This document shows positions 29,018-38,447 of a stretch of DNA of 59,274 nt, piece by piece (positions within the stretch are counted from its first letter, which is position 1; every line of letters begins with the position of its first letter). Source of the stretch: Candidatus Pacearchaeota archaeon. Lineage in GTDB: Archaea > Nanobdellota > Nanobdellia > Pacearchaeales > GW2011-AR1. Where the stretch lies: assembly GCA_038869755.1 (NCBI GenBank), contig JAWCQN010000004.1, positions 1 through 59,274 of the forward strand. Direction: 5' to 3'. The notes below the pieces were generated by a model. It saw only the letters and a list, made by a program, of their open reading frames with translations. It had not been told where the DNA came from and made no database searches. Made by a program: the position numbers and the translations under genes.

Positions 29018-29992
29018 TTAATTTTCATTTATAGATAGATCAAACCTATTATTTCCCTCATTTATTTCGCCAACTAAATCATCAGCGTCTATGATGAATG
29101 ATACATCTTTAAGATTCTTATTTACCCTGATACCAGAAACCGAAATTTCCTTGCCTGTACCTGAATCCAATTCACCAATATTATAATTGCCAATTAAATT
29201 ATTGTCCCCATAAAAAGTTAAATTCACAGGCTCGGATTTTTTTAAACCTGCATTAATGATCTCTATATTGAAACTAAATTCTATTCCTTTTTTCTCAGCA
29301 ACTGCTTTTATGATAATAAGATCTGGAAGACTGGGAATAGAATAAAGTTCATTAATGTTATCAATAATCTCTTTTGTCATCTGCTGATTACAATTAACAG
29401 TATTATACATTATTGAATTTTTATCAATGCTGTGTTTAAAACCTAATACATGAAGTATCTCATGGATGGCTATTATTGGTTTTGAGCAGGTATTTTCTTT
29501 ATATAAAAAAATTGTGCCGTTATTAATAATGTAAAAATTTGTTGCATTAATTATTGAAGATGGTCCACCTTCTCCAGCAATAAAATACCCTTCATTAATT
29601 CTTCTCTCAGTTCTCTTAGAATTGGAACAAGAAACCTCTATCTGACCATTTAGATCTAATTCATAAAATTCCAATATGGTATTCTCCTCCAATAAATCAA
29701 ATGCTCTTCTTGCATCGTCTGCCCTATCACTGGAACAAGTCTGATCTATAAAATAGCTTATACGCTTATCTTTAAACCGCATATTATCATAAAACAAGAC
29801 ACCATCTGGAAAATCATCCGGGATAGTAATATTAACAATACTCCTATTTCCCTCATCATTCACAGGAACAAATTTTTCAACCTCACTAAAATAATAACTA
29901 TCAATAATAGGATAAATCTGGTAGATGATAAAACCAATAACTCCAAGCAGGATAAAAATAAGCATATATGATAAGGTATCTAAAAATTTCAT
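29018..29992 (-). CDS. Membrane-anchored matrixin (M10) metalloprotease with C-terminal CARDB domain
   Basis: HEILHVLGFKH zinc motif, SIMY Met-turn, LPDL...N.G...ID....EINEGNN CARDB signature. Confidence 0.88.
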   Translation of the reverse strand: MKFLDTLSYMLIFILLGVIGFIIYQIYPIIDSYYFSEVEKFVPVNDEGNRSIVNITIPDDFPDGVLFYDNMRFKDKRISYFIDQTCSSDRADDARRAFDLLEENTILEFYELDLNGQIEVSCSNSKRTERRINEGYFIAGEGGPSSIINATNFYIINNGTIFLYKENTCSKPIIAIHEILHVLGFKHSIDKNSIMYNTVNCNQQMTKEIIDNINELYSIPSLPDLIIIKAVAEKKGIEFSFNIEIINAGLKKSEPVNLTFYGDNNLIGNYNIGELDSGTGKEISVSGIRVNKNLKDVSFIIDADDLVGEINEGNNRFDLSINEN

Positions 29993-30034
29993 ATAGTATT
30001 AAAATCATTGATGTTTTAAATTTAATCATTTAGG

Positions 30035-30685
30035 CTACAAAAAAGAGTCCCTGAGATAATCAAATCCTGCAAACAATCCGATAAGACCTGTTGCAATGCT
30101 TAAAATCAAAATTATAGGCCCAGTACCAGGTAAATTAAAGATAATTGCTCCAATAGCTATAGATTGGATGAAAGTCGTTACCTTACCAATATATTTGACT
30201 TTATATGAATCCAAATTCCTTATTATCCTTACAACAAATCCCGGGAATGCCACTATTTCCCTTGATAAACATATTACCAACAAATAAGCCATATTTTTAT
30301 CAGTATAATAAAACTTATACATCAATATTAATACCAAAGGAATCATGAATACTCTATCTATTACCTGATCCAGCCTTGCGCCAAGCTCTGTTTTTTGATT
30401 GAGTCTTCTTGCAAAAAATCCGTCAAACCAATCTGATATAGCTGCAAATGCGAATAAAACGCCTATTAAGATATTGTTATAATTAAACAAAATCATATAA
30501 CCCAAAATAAATGCAAAAATAAGCCTGATTAGCGTAATAGTATTTGGAACATTTAAAATAAATTCTTTTTTAATCTCTTTTTCAAATTTTTTGCTCTCTT
30601 CTTTAAGTTTTTTGTTAATCTTAGATAAATTATTATTTTTATTTAAAGAAGCATTTTTCTTATTTATTCCTTTTTCCTTAACCAT
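30035..30685 (-). CDS. CDP-alcohol phosphatidyltransferase (PgsA-like)
   Basis: NVPNTITLIR, SDWFDGFFARRLNQKTELGARLDQVID signature. Confidence 0.9.
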   Translation of the reverse strand: MVKEKGINKKNASLNKNNNLSKINKKLKEESKKFEKEIKKEFILNVPNTITLIRLIFAFILGYMILFNYNNILIGVLFAFAAISDWFDGFFARRLNQKTELGARLDQVIDRVFMIPLVLILMYKFYYTDKNMAYLLVICLSREIVAFPGFVVRIIRNLDSYKVKYIGKVTTFIQSIAIGAIIFNLPGTGPIILILSIATGLIGLFAGFDYLRDSFL

Positions 30686-30729
30686 GTTTATAAAAGATAA
30701 AATAACTATTTAAATTTTCTCTGTAAAAT

Positions 30730-30859
30730 GTATTGTTGTATCTGTGGGTGTTTTATACAACGTTTTAAGTTGATTAACCATAAAAAATTTATGGAAAAGA
30801 GTTTAATCAAAAAGGGCAAATCTTTTTTATTCAGTTTAGCACCTACAACGCAACAATAC
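30730..30859 (+). ncRNA. Candidate structured RNA (long closing stem plus three internal hairpins)
   Basis: GTATTGTTG(30730-38)/CAACAATAC(30851-59); TGTGGGTGTT(30743-52)/AGCACCTACA(30838-47) with G-U pairs on + strand; inner CAAC/GTTG, CCATAAA/TTTATGG, AAAAGA/TCTTTT. Confidence 0.45.
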
Positions 30860-31187
30860 GCTGTGAAAATATAATTTTAAACATCAAAAAGAAATACTTT
30901 TTGTGGCTTAAAACCACTAAGAAGCTTTAAATATTCAAATAACCGGAAATGTACATGGGTGATAAGGATTTTATAGGAAAAACAATAGATAAGATTTTTT
31001 ACAGTGATGTTTTCACAATAAACTATTCTGTTTTAGCAATCAAATAAAAACTATTTTATTTACGAAGAATCATCATTAATCCAGTTATTGCAACTAAAAA
31101 GCAATCTATTTTAAATATCTAAGATAGCAGTATTACAACAAAAAGATAATAAGGTTTAAAAATCATAAGGAATAATTTATGATACAT

Positions 31188-31259
31188 GCCCGCGTAGTTA
31201 AGTGGCCATAATAAGACCCTGTCGCGGTCTAGTCCCGGGTTCGATTCCCGGTGCGGGCG
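31188..31259 (+). tRNA. tRNA-Asp(GUC)
   Basis: GCCCGCG...AGACC-CTGTCGC-GGTCT...CCGGG-TTCGATT-CCCGG-TGCGGGC-G; TATA ~26 nt upstream. Confidence 0.95.
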
Positions 31260-31348
31260 TCCTTATTTTTTAAATTCAAAAATAATTAAAAGAGAAATTT
31301 AAATCTCGCAAAAAAAACTTTATTTGTTCTATAGCCATTAGTTTAGAG

Positions 31349-32329
31349 TTATACTAAAAAACTAATTGTTTTATTATTATTGCCCTCATTTATTTCAATT
31401 ATTTCATTTTCATAATCAACAACAAAAAAAATTTCATTATTTGTCAAATTATTAAGTTTTATATTTCTAACACTAATTATTTTACCTGAACCTATGCCTA
31501 ATTCCCCAATAGAATAATTTAAAATTAAATTATCACCATTATAAAGAGAAAGTTTGGTATCATTAGAACGAGAAAGACCAACATTAACAATTTTTGCTTC
31601 AAAATCAATGTAGTCTTCGCTAAAGTTGGCCTTAACTTCCTTTAATTCCAAATCCGGAAGCTGTGAATCCTTATATAAAAAATTTACCTTTTCAATAATT
31701 TCTCCAGTAATCTTCTGACTGCAGTCTGATGTATTATACATTATTGAATTTTTATCAATGCTGTGTTTAAAACCCAAAACATGCAAAATTTCGTGCAACT
31801 CAAGAACAGGATAGGAACACTCACTTTCTCCATAAAGTCTGATACTCCCATTGATAATAATATTATACCTTGAATTATTTAAAATAGATAATGGTCCTCC
31901 CTCTCCAAGTATGTGTGTATTTCCATTTTTTAGTGTATAATTAAAACAATACACATTTATATCAGCTTGTTCATTTGCCTCGTAAAAACTTAAATTGGTC
32001 TCTGCATCCAGAATAAAAAAAGCTTTAGCCAGATTATTAAGATTTCTCTGGGAACAGTTTTCAGATATAAAATATGATATTGAATTATTACTAAACCTTA
32101 TATTTTCATATATTAACTGCTCTCCTAAAAAAGAATCGTAGTTGACATTTTCAGAAATTATAGGAGACTCAAATACATAAATCTGGTTAATTCCATTACC
32201 TGTGGGAGATAAACCAACAAACAAATAAGAGATTATAAAATACGACAAAATTGCCACAAATCCTACAAATAAAAGGGAGAAAAAAAACACAAAGACCATA
32301 AATTTAGTATTAACCATAAAAATACCCAT
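31349..32329 (-). CDS. Membrane-anchored matrixin (M10) metalloprotease with CARDB domain, paralogue of 29018..29992
   Basis: HEILHVLGFKH, SIMY, LPDL...EINEGNN. Confidence 0.88.
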   Translation of the reverse strand: MGIFMVNTKFMVFVFFFSLLFVGFVAILSYFIISYLFVGLSPTGNGINQIYVFESPIISENVNYDSFLGEQLIYENIRFSNNSISYFISENCSQRNLNNLAKAFFILDAETNLSFYEANEQADINVYCFNYTLKNGNTHILGEGGPLSILNNSRYNIIINGSIRLYGESECSYPVLELHEILHVLGFKHSIDKNSIMYNTSDCSQKITGEIIEKVNFLYKDSQLPDLELKEVKANFSEDYIDFEAKIVNVGLSRSNDTKLSLYNGDNLILNYSIGELGIGSGKIISVRNIKLNNLTNNEIFFVVDYENEIIEINEGNNNKTISFLV

Positions 32330-32416
32330 AATTCTTTTTTATAAATCTAACTATTCTGATTTAAGAGAAAAATTAAAAAGAAGAAGTTTATATACTTTTA
32401 CGCATATAAAAATAAG

Positions 32417-33481
32417 ATGGAAGAAAAAAAAGAGAAGCAAACCACAATTATTGAGATTAAACATAGCGGACATTCAACTAATGAAGAATTTTTAAACATT
32501 TTAAAAATGGTGTCACCCGGAACTTCATTAAGAAGCGGAATTGATGGTATTGTGGAAGCAAAAAAAGGAGCTTTAATAGTTCTGGAAAATGAAAATGTAA
32601 ACAGAATAATTGATGGTGGTTTTAAGATTAATGCAAAATTTACACCACAAAAACTCATAGAGCTATCAAAAATGGATGGGGCAATCGTCCTTTCCAAGGA
32701 TATAAAAAGGGTAATTTATGCTAATGTCATGCTTGTCCCTGACAGCAAAATTCCAAGTCAGGAAACCGGAACAAGACATAAGGCTGCTGAAAGAACTGCA
32801 AAAATGACAGGAACTCTTACCATAGCAATTTCAGAAAGGAAAAACCAGATAAATATATACTATAAAGACCTAAAATACCACTTAAAAGATAAATCTGAAA
32901 TACTAAGAAGGGCAACTGAAACGCTCCAGATTTTAGAGAAGCAAAGAGAATTGTTTGATGTAAATATTGAAAGACTTAATTACCTTGAAATATTCAATGA
33001 TTTAAATATAATTCAAGCAGCAAAAGTAATTCAGAAGGGTAAAATAATGCAGAAAATATTGGAGTCTCAGGAAAAAACCTTAATAGAACTCGGAAATGAA
33101 GCAGGGGCAATTAAACTTAGAATAAAAGAATTAATGAAAGATGTTGAAAAAGAAACAGATCTTGTCATTAAAGACTATACAAAACTAAATTTAAAAAAAT
33201 CAAAAATTTTACTTGATAATTTGTCTTATGAAGAACTTATAGACAATGAAAACATACTTCTTGCCTTGGCCCAAAATGAGAATAATCAGGTAGAATTAAT
33301 AAAAGGGTGGAGAATTCTTTCAAAAACCCATCTGGATGAAAATGAAATATCAAAAATAATAAATGAGTTAAATGACCTGCAGGTAATACTGGAATCAAAA
33401 AAAGAAAAATTCGAGCAGATAATAGGGAATGAGAAGGCGATAATACTGGCAAAAGATCTGGCAAGAATAAAAAACCAATAA
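32417..33481 (+). CDS. disA: DisA-type diadenylate cyclase
   Basis: PGT.LR.GI, ELSKMDGAI (DGA), ETGTRHKAAERTAK (RHR-like), AISERK, followed by a helical DisA linker. Confidence 0.85.
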   Translation: MEEKKEKQTTIIEIKHSGHSTNEEFLNILKMVSPGTSLRSGIDGIVEAKKGALIVLENENVNRIIDGGFKINAKFTPQKLIELSKMDGAIVLSKDIKRVIYANVMLVPDSKIPSQETGTRHKAAERTAKMTGTLTIAISERKNQINIYYKDLKYHLKDKSEILRRATETLQILEKQRELFDVNIERLNYLEIFNDLNIIQAAKVIQKGKIMQKILESQEKTLIELGNEAGAIKLRIKELMKDVEKETDLVIKDYTKLNLKKSKILLDNLSYEELIDNENILLALAQNENNQVELIKGWRILSKTHLDENEISKIINELNDLQVILESKKEKFEQIIGNEKAIILAKDLARIKNQ

Positions 33482-33519
33482 TTGAAAATATTTATATAAT
33501 CTATCTTCCAATATAAGCT

Positions 33520-34158
33520 ATGGAAAAAAATGAGTCTATTATAGAAGAAGGTGTTCCAAAAAAGTTTAACGTATTTTTGCTTGTTCTTCTCTCAATTATA
33601 ACCTTAGGAGTTTATTCTTACATTTGGTATATTATAAATGGAAAAAAACTAAATAACCTTAAAACAAAATCAAAAATAAATAATAAAATACCATTAATAT
33701 CATTAATAGTGTTCCTTATAATAATTATATTAACCATTGCATTAATAACAATAGCAAAATTAAATGTTATTAACGAAGGAATTAATGCAACCACCATATC
33801 AGATATCCCTATACAATTTACAATAATATTCACTATAAATATTGCATTAATAACAACATTATGCATACTTACCTTGTTTCTGGCATTTAGAACAAGAAAA
33901 ATACTCAATGAAACTCTTGAAAACAAAGGTGAAAAAGTCAAAATTTCTGGATTCTTTAGTTTGATATTCAATCTATTTTACCTCCAATATGAAATAAACA
34001 GGATTATAGATGACAAAGAGAATAACAAAAGACTTGGACCTTGGATTGTTTTTGCTATATTGATACTGACTTTAATATTGCCATTAACCATAATTCTTAT
34101 TCTGGTTTATGTTTTTAAAAAAAGTATAGATATAGGAATTTTTAACAGAGTAACATAA
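33520..34158 (+). CDS. Membrane protein (DUF4234-like)
   Basis: LLSIITLGVYSYIWY and FYLQYEIN motifs; several TMs. Confidence 0.65.
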   Translation: MEKNESIIEEGVPKKFNVFLLVLLSIITLGVYSYIWYIINGKKLNNLKTKSKINNKIPLISLIVFLIIIILTIALITIAKLNVINEGINATTISDIPIQFTIIFTINIALITTLCILTLFLAFRTRKILNETLENKGEKVKISGFFSLIFNLFYLQYEINRIIDDKENNKRLGPWIVFAILILTLILPLTIILILVYVFKKSIDIGIFNRVT

Positions 34159-34243
34159 ATCCATAATTTATTAAAAAACAGGTAATAAAAAAGATATTAT
34201 ATGTTAGTATAATGTTTTTAAATAAATTTTTCAACTTTAACTA

Positions 34244-34972
34244 ATGAAAAGACGTGATTTCCTAAAGAGATTGATTGAGATAACATTAGCATCATCAAAT
34301 TTGGGTGTATATTCTGAATCAATACAACAACCAAAAATTAAATCAGAAGACCTTTTAGCTACAGGAATAAAGAATATTTATCTGACCATAGATGATGGAC
34401 CCGGAAAATACATGGGAGAAATACTTGAAAAAATAAATAAAAGAAAAGGAAAAGTTGTTTTCTATATTGTAGGAGAACACTATAATGCAAATAAAACAGG
34501 GCAAACTCTGGTAAAAAAAGCAATAGAGTATGGCCATATAATAGCAAACCACTCTTATTCTCATCCAAATTTTAACAGCATAAGCTTAGATTCTGCAAAA
34601 ATACAAATTCAGAAAACAGATGAGATAATTGAAAAAGCTTATAGTGAGGTTGGAATTAAAAGAGAAGTAAAATTATTTAGGTTCCCAGGGGGTTCTGCTA
34701 AAAAAAGCGTGATCCCTTTTTTAGAAACCTTAAGATATAGGCCTATAAGGTCTTGGGACAGCAAGAAAGAGGATGACTGGAACATAGATACATTGGATTG
34801 GAAATACGGCAATGGCATTGATGGAGAAAAAATTATGAATATATGCAGGAAAACCAAGGAAGGAGATGTTGTATTAGTACATGATCAACCAAGAGGAAAT
34901 TATTTTACAGCCAATAGAATAATACCTTATTACCTTAATGAAAAAGAATATAAACTAATTTTACCTGCCTAA
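34244..34972 (+). CDS. Polysaccharide deacetylase (CE4/NodB) with twin-arginine N-terminus
   Basis: LTIDDGP, NHSYSH, FRFPGG, DTLDW, VLVHD motifs; MKRRDFLK. Confidence 0.9.
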   Translation: MKRRDFLKRLIEITLASSNLGVYSESIQQPKIKSEDLLATGIKNIYLTIDDGPGKYMGEILEKINKRKGKVVFYIVGEHYNANKTGQTLVKKAIEYGHIIANHSYSHPNFNSISLDSAKIQIQKTDEIIEKAYSEVGIKREVKLFRFPGGSAKKSVIPFLETLRYRPIRSWDSKKEDDWNIDTLDWKYGNGIDGEKIMNICRKTKEGDVVLVHDQPRGNYFTANRIIPYYLNEKEYKLILPA

Positions 34973-36660
34973 TCCAAATATTTTCCAATAACCTCGTTAA
35001 ATAACTTAAATGGAGGCTCTTTAGGATTATTTTCAGGATTTAAACTAGTGGGAGTTGATTGTCTCACAGGATAATACCTTAATCCCTTTTCCAACTCATA
35101 AGCCTCCAAAGCTTCTAAACTTCCCCCTGTTCTTAATGGAGTTGAAATTAATTTCATATTCAATCTTTCATCACTCCCTGCCGGGGCTCCCCATCTTATT
35201 TCAGGAGGGTGATTTGGATCAAAAGACAAATCAAAAAGCCTTTTTTCTATGTCAGATAGTGTAAGACTGACTTCACCACCATTTGATTTTTTATATACAA
35301 TAAAATAATTCGAAAAAAGTTCTTCTTTTCTTTTCATCAATTTAGCAGCCAATTCCTCCGAAAATGAAAATCCTGAATAATCATAGACTCTGCTAAAAGG
35401 ATCAAAATTTATCAGCATATCTTCTATTCTTGTTGTTATATAATTATACTTATTCTTTCTGTCAACATCGCTTGAAGGTGAAGAAAAAACCTCCCATCTG
35501 CCATTTGCCTGATAGATATTTTCTGAACTTGAATCATTTGGAAAAGTTATAGGGCCATTAATTAAAACATCATTCCATGCAGCTTCAACAAATTCAACCC
35601 TTTCTTTCATCATCTCTGCAAATTCCAATATAGAGTTCTCCAAAAAATCCAGTGGCTTTTCCTTACCAGTTCTTAAGCATGCCCTGACATAATCAGGATA
35701 TGAGGAAACTTTTTGTCCATTAACAATTAATCCGGATGAATTAATTTTAGCCATATCTTTATACTGTAAAATAGAATAACCAAAAGGAATCATTTCTTCA
35801 TTAGTAAAATGAACTGCTCTTCCATTATTTATTTTAGCTAACCTGATATTTCTAAATCCATCATAACACCTCTTCAATCCGTGAACTCCCAATTCAGCAG
35901 GTTTCACAGATGGTATTGCTGATAGGGTTTGATTAAATGTTATAGAATGGTCTGGATGAGCATCCAAAAAATGAACCTCTCCTGATTCTTCAATATGACC
36001 TACAACCAAACAATGTCCGTTGGCATTATAACACATTGTTCCGGGCATTAGGCAGCTCCTATCTATGGAAATTGGAACAGAATCTGTCTTTTCCAGATTA
36101 GGATCTGTCCTAAAATTTCCTGAAACAAAATTATAACCTCCATGTCCGCCAAATATCGAATTCTGAATAAAACTTCCAAAATCTCCATTAAATGAAAGGC
36201 TATCAACGTGTCCTATAGGATGATTTCCCTTAGAATACCTTATATCGCTTCCAGACTCCATTTTAATTTTTGAAACAAGACAAGGAAGCCCTCTCCTGTA
36301 AGAGTAATACAAAAATAAAAGCATGGGAAATGATCCGCAATGATTTGCTGCATTCAGGATATTTGCTTCCTTATCTGAAATTTGTGGATTACCGTCATTC
36401 AAGAAATTCTGGTGATTAAGTAAATTCATTTCGTCGTCTTTGATTATGTAATTCAAGCGAGCCATTTTTTGTTTTCCAGAACCATTTCTTTTAAAATGAT
36501 AGATATTGCCAACCCATTTGGAATACCTGTAAAATTCGTCCAGATTCCATGTCCTTAAATGTTCCCATGCTCCTGTATTCGTATCAGCATCTACATAAAA
36601 AAATAAAGAGCTTATTGCAGGCAAAACTTTAAAAAAGTCTCTTCTAGACACTCCTCTCAT
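34969..36660 (-). CDS. Twin-arginine protein with putative papain/NlpC-P60-like Cys-His-Asp triad
   Basis: SRRDFFK; HCGSFP (Cys), PGT.CY...GHCLVV (His), FLDAH (Asp) in NlpC/P60-like order. Confidence 0.55.
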   Translation of the reverse strand: MRGVSRRDFFKVLPAISSLFFYVDADTNTGAWEHLRTWNLDEFYRYSKWVGNIYHFKRNGSGKQKMARLNYIIKDDEMNLLNHQNFLNDGNPQISDKEANILNAANHCGSFPMLLFLYYSYRRGLPCLVSKIKMESGSDIRYSKGNHPIGHVDSLSFNGDFGSFIQNSIFGGHGGYNFVSGNFRTDPNLEKTDSVPISIDRSCLMPGTMCYNANGHCLVVGHIEESGEVHFLDAHPDHSITFNQTLSAIPSVKPAELGVHGLKRCYDGFRNIRLAKINNGRAVHFTNEEMIPFGYSILQYKDMAKINSSGLIVNGQKVSSYPDYVRACLRTGKEKPLDFLENSILEFAEMMKERVEFVEAAWNDVLINGPITFPNDSSSENIYQANGRWEVFSSPSSDVDRKNKYNYITTRIEDMLINFDPFSRVYDYSGFSFSEELAAKLMKRKEELFSNYFIVYKKSNGGEVSLTLSDIEKRLFDLSFDPNHPPEIRWGAPAGSDERLNMKLISTPLRTGGSLEALEAYELEKGLRYYPVRQSTPTSLNPENNPKEPPFKLFNEVIGKYLD

Positions 36661-36726
36661 TTAAAGTTATAAAAAGAATATTATTTAAATTTATTAGCAG
36701 TAAAAAACATATTATTGATATAGGAG

Positions 36727-38037
36727 TTAAAATCTTTTTTCAATTTTAACTGCTGTTGGCGCTTCACCACCATGCCATGTAAATCTTGGCCTTACTCTCA
36801 TAGGGTATATCCTTTCCGAGTTATCATCCAAGATTATAGCGCTCCCTTTTAAACGAGGAAGCTCATCTATATGCTTCCTGATGTTCTCCAATAAATATGT
36901 CTGCATTATCTCATTTAAAGCAGAAATATCAGGCTGTGCTGTCAATCGATGAGAAATAACAATATCTGACTGGGTCATTACATCCTTATGAATCTGTCCA
37001 GGCTGCTGAGTTGCGAGAACTAAAGAAAGTCCCGGTTGTCTGCCTTCCCTCAATATCTGAATCAAAGCATCACTCGCAGATGTTTTTCCGTCTTTTGGAA
37101 GAAATTCATGAGCTTCATCAATAAAAACCCAAACTAAAGGGACCTCTCTTTCCTGAGTATATGAAAGGTAATCAGCTCCATGCCTGACACTTTCAACCTC
37201 TTCTTTTTTTCTTGACAGCATTCTTTCATTAAAAAGTTTTCTGCAAATGAGGCCGATAACAAGCGCCCTCACATTAAAAGCCCCGACAGAATTATAAACG
37301 CTTAAATCTATAACACTAGTTACCCCGGGATTTATTAAATCCCGAATACTGGTCTCTTTTTCTCCTTTTTTCGAAAAAATACCCCATGTAGAAACAGCTT
37401 CAAACAAGCCTAAAGCTGCGTTTTTTTCATTCGGTAAAGAATTAACATCTGACCTTATCCTTGACAAAATATCAGAAATATCGTAATCTCCCTTATTTTT
37501 AAGATCATAAATTATTCTTTCAATCAAAACAGCAACAGAATCTATAATATTTAAATCAAAAATTAAAATCCAGTCTTCAGCACCCATATCACTTATTTTT
37601 AATGCAAAAGGGAAATCTACAGGTATGCCTTTATCTAAGTATTCATTAAAATAACCGGAAGGTGCAAAAACTTTCACAGGCAATTTTTTAGGCTTTAGGT
37701 CCCACTCGCTCAAAAGATCTTTCTCTTTTTCATTTTCATATTTCATAGTCCAAAAAATACCCATTGTATCAAAGATTATTGGAGCAATGTTCCTTCTTGC
37801 TTCTATAGGCAGCTGAGATAATTCCTCGGCAATTGTCCCAAGAGTGTATGATTTTCCAGAACCTCTCTTACCTGCAACAAGAATTACATGGCTTCGCGCA
37901 ACATCCAGATAAATATTATTAGACAGAGAGGTATACTGCCCCATTTTAACAAAACCCTTCCCGATTTTTACAAGACCACTGTGGCCAAATTTTTTCCTGT
38001 CAAAATCATCTCTTCCAATTATAATATCATAAGGCAT
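36727..38037 (-). CDS. HerA/FtsK-superfamily ATPase (DUF87-like)
   Basis: HVILVAGKRGSGKS Walker A, FDTMG, VFIDEAH Walker B, REGRQPG, LATQQP. Confidence 0.88.
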   Translation of the reverse strand: MPYDIIIGRDDFDRKKFGHSGLVKIGKGFVKMGQYTSLSNNIYLDVARSHVILVAGKRGSGKSYTLGTIAEELSQLPIEARRNIAPIIFDTMGIFWTMKYENEKEKDLLSEWDLKPKKLPVKVFAPSGYFNEYLDKGIPVDFPFALKISDMGAEDWILIFDLNIIDSVAVLIERIIYDLKNKGDYDISDILSRIRSDVNSLPNEKNAALGLFEAVSTWGIFSKKGEKETSIRDLINPGVTSVIDLSVYNSVGAFNVRALVIGLICRKLFNERMLSRKKEEVESVRHGADYLSYTQEREVPLVWVFIDEAHEFLPKDGKTSASDALIQILREGRQPGLSLVLATQQPGQIHKDVMTQSDIVISHRLTAQPDISALNEIMQTYLLENIRKHIDELPRLKGSAIILDDNSERIYPMRVRPRFTWHGGEAPTAVKIEKRF

Positions 38038-38061
38038 ATTTTATAGAACAAATAAGATTAT

Positions 38062-38370
38062 TTAACCCTTTCGAAGATAATTATAGTATTTATCCAAGCA
38101 AGTTTCATAAAAATCATAATCTTTGTCTTTCAAAGCTCTAAGCCCAAGCCTTATCAAACTTCTTATCTCTCTTTTTTTATAACCCTTAAAGTAGGCATAC
38201 TCTAAATTATCAACCTCTTCCAATTCCCGTATCCTATCTTCAATACCCCTAACCAGCGCTTCAGGAGAAAAATGAGAAACAGAATCTCTACTACCAAAAC
38301 TCTCAAAGAAGTTTAATACTCTATCTATTATTATTGAAGCCATTTTTACCATTTTTACTAAGGATTTCAT
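38062..38370 (-). CDS. Hypothetical protein
   Basis: 102-aa ORF upstream of the HerA-like gene, same strand. Confidence 0.55.
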   Translation of the reverse strand: MKSLVKMVKMASIIIDRVLNFFESFGSRDSVSHFSPEALVRGIEDRIRELEEVDNLEYAYFKGYKKREIRSLIRLGLRALKDKDYDFYETCLDKYYNYLRKG

Positions 38371-38447
38371 ATATATAATTTTAATGGTTGTAAACCATAG
38401 ATTTATCTACCATAACATTTTTAAATGTTCATCATCTGCAATATAGA

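Noticed and set aside
30728-30874. 48-aa ORF (MYCCICGCF...) over the stem-loop region
   Set aside because: Atypical composition and no recognisable family; the inverted-repeat structure explains the region better.
30875-31150. Possible pseudogene upstream of tRNA-Asp
   Set aside because: Only short stop-interrupted frames with no recognisable similarity; cannot be supported by eye.
28000-32329. Integrated provirus or genomic island at the tRNA cluster
   Set aside because: No integrase, terminase or capsid genes, and no distant att-like copy of these tRNA 3' ends was seen.
36727-38370. HerA-based defence system (e.g. Sir2-HerA) or HerA-NurA operon
   Set aside because: No Sir2, NurA, Mre11 or Rad50 neighbour; looks like a stand-alone DUF87-type ATPase.
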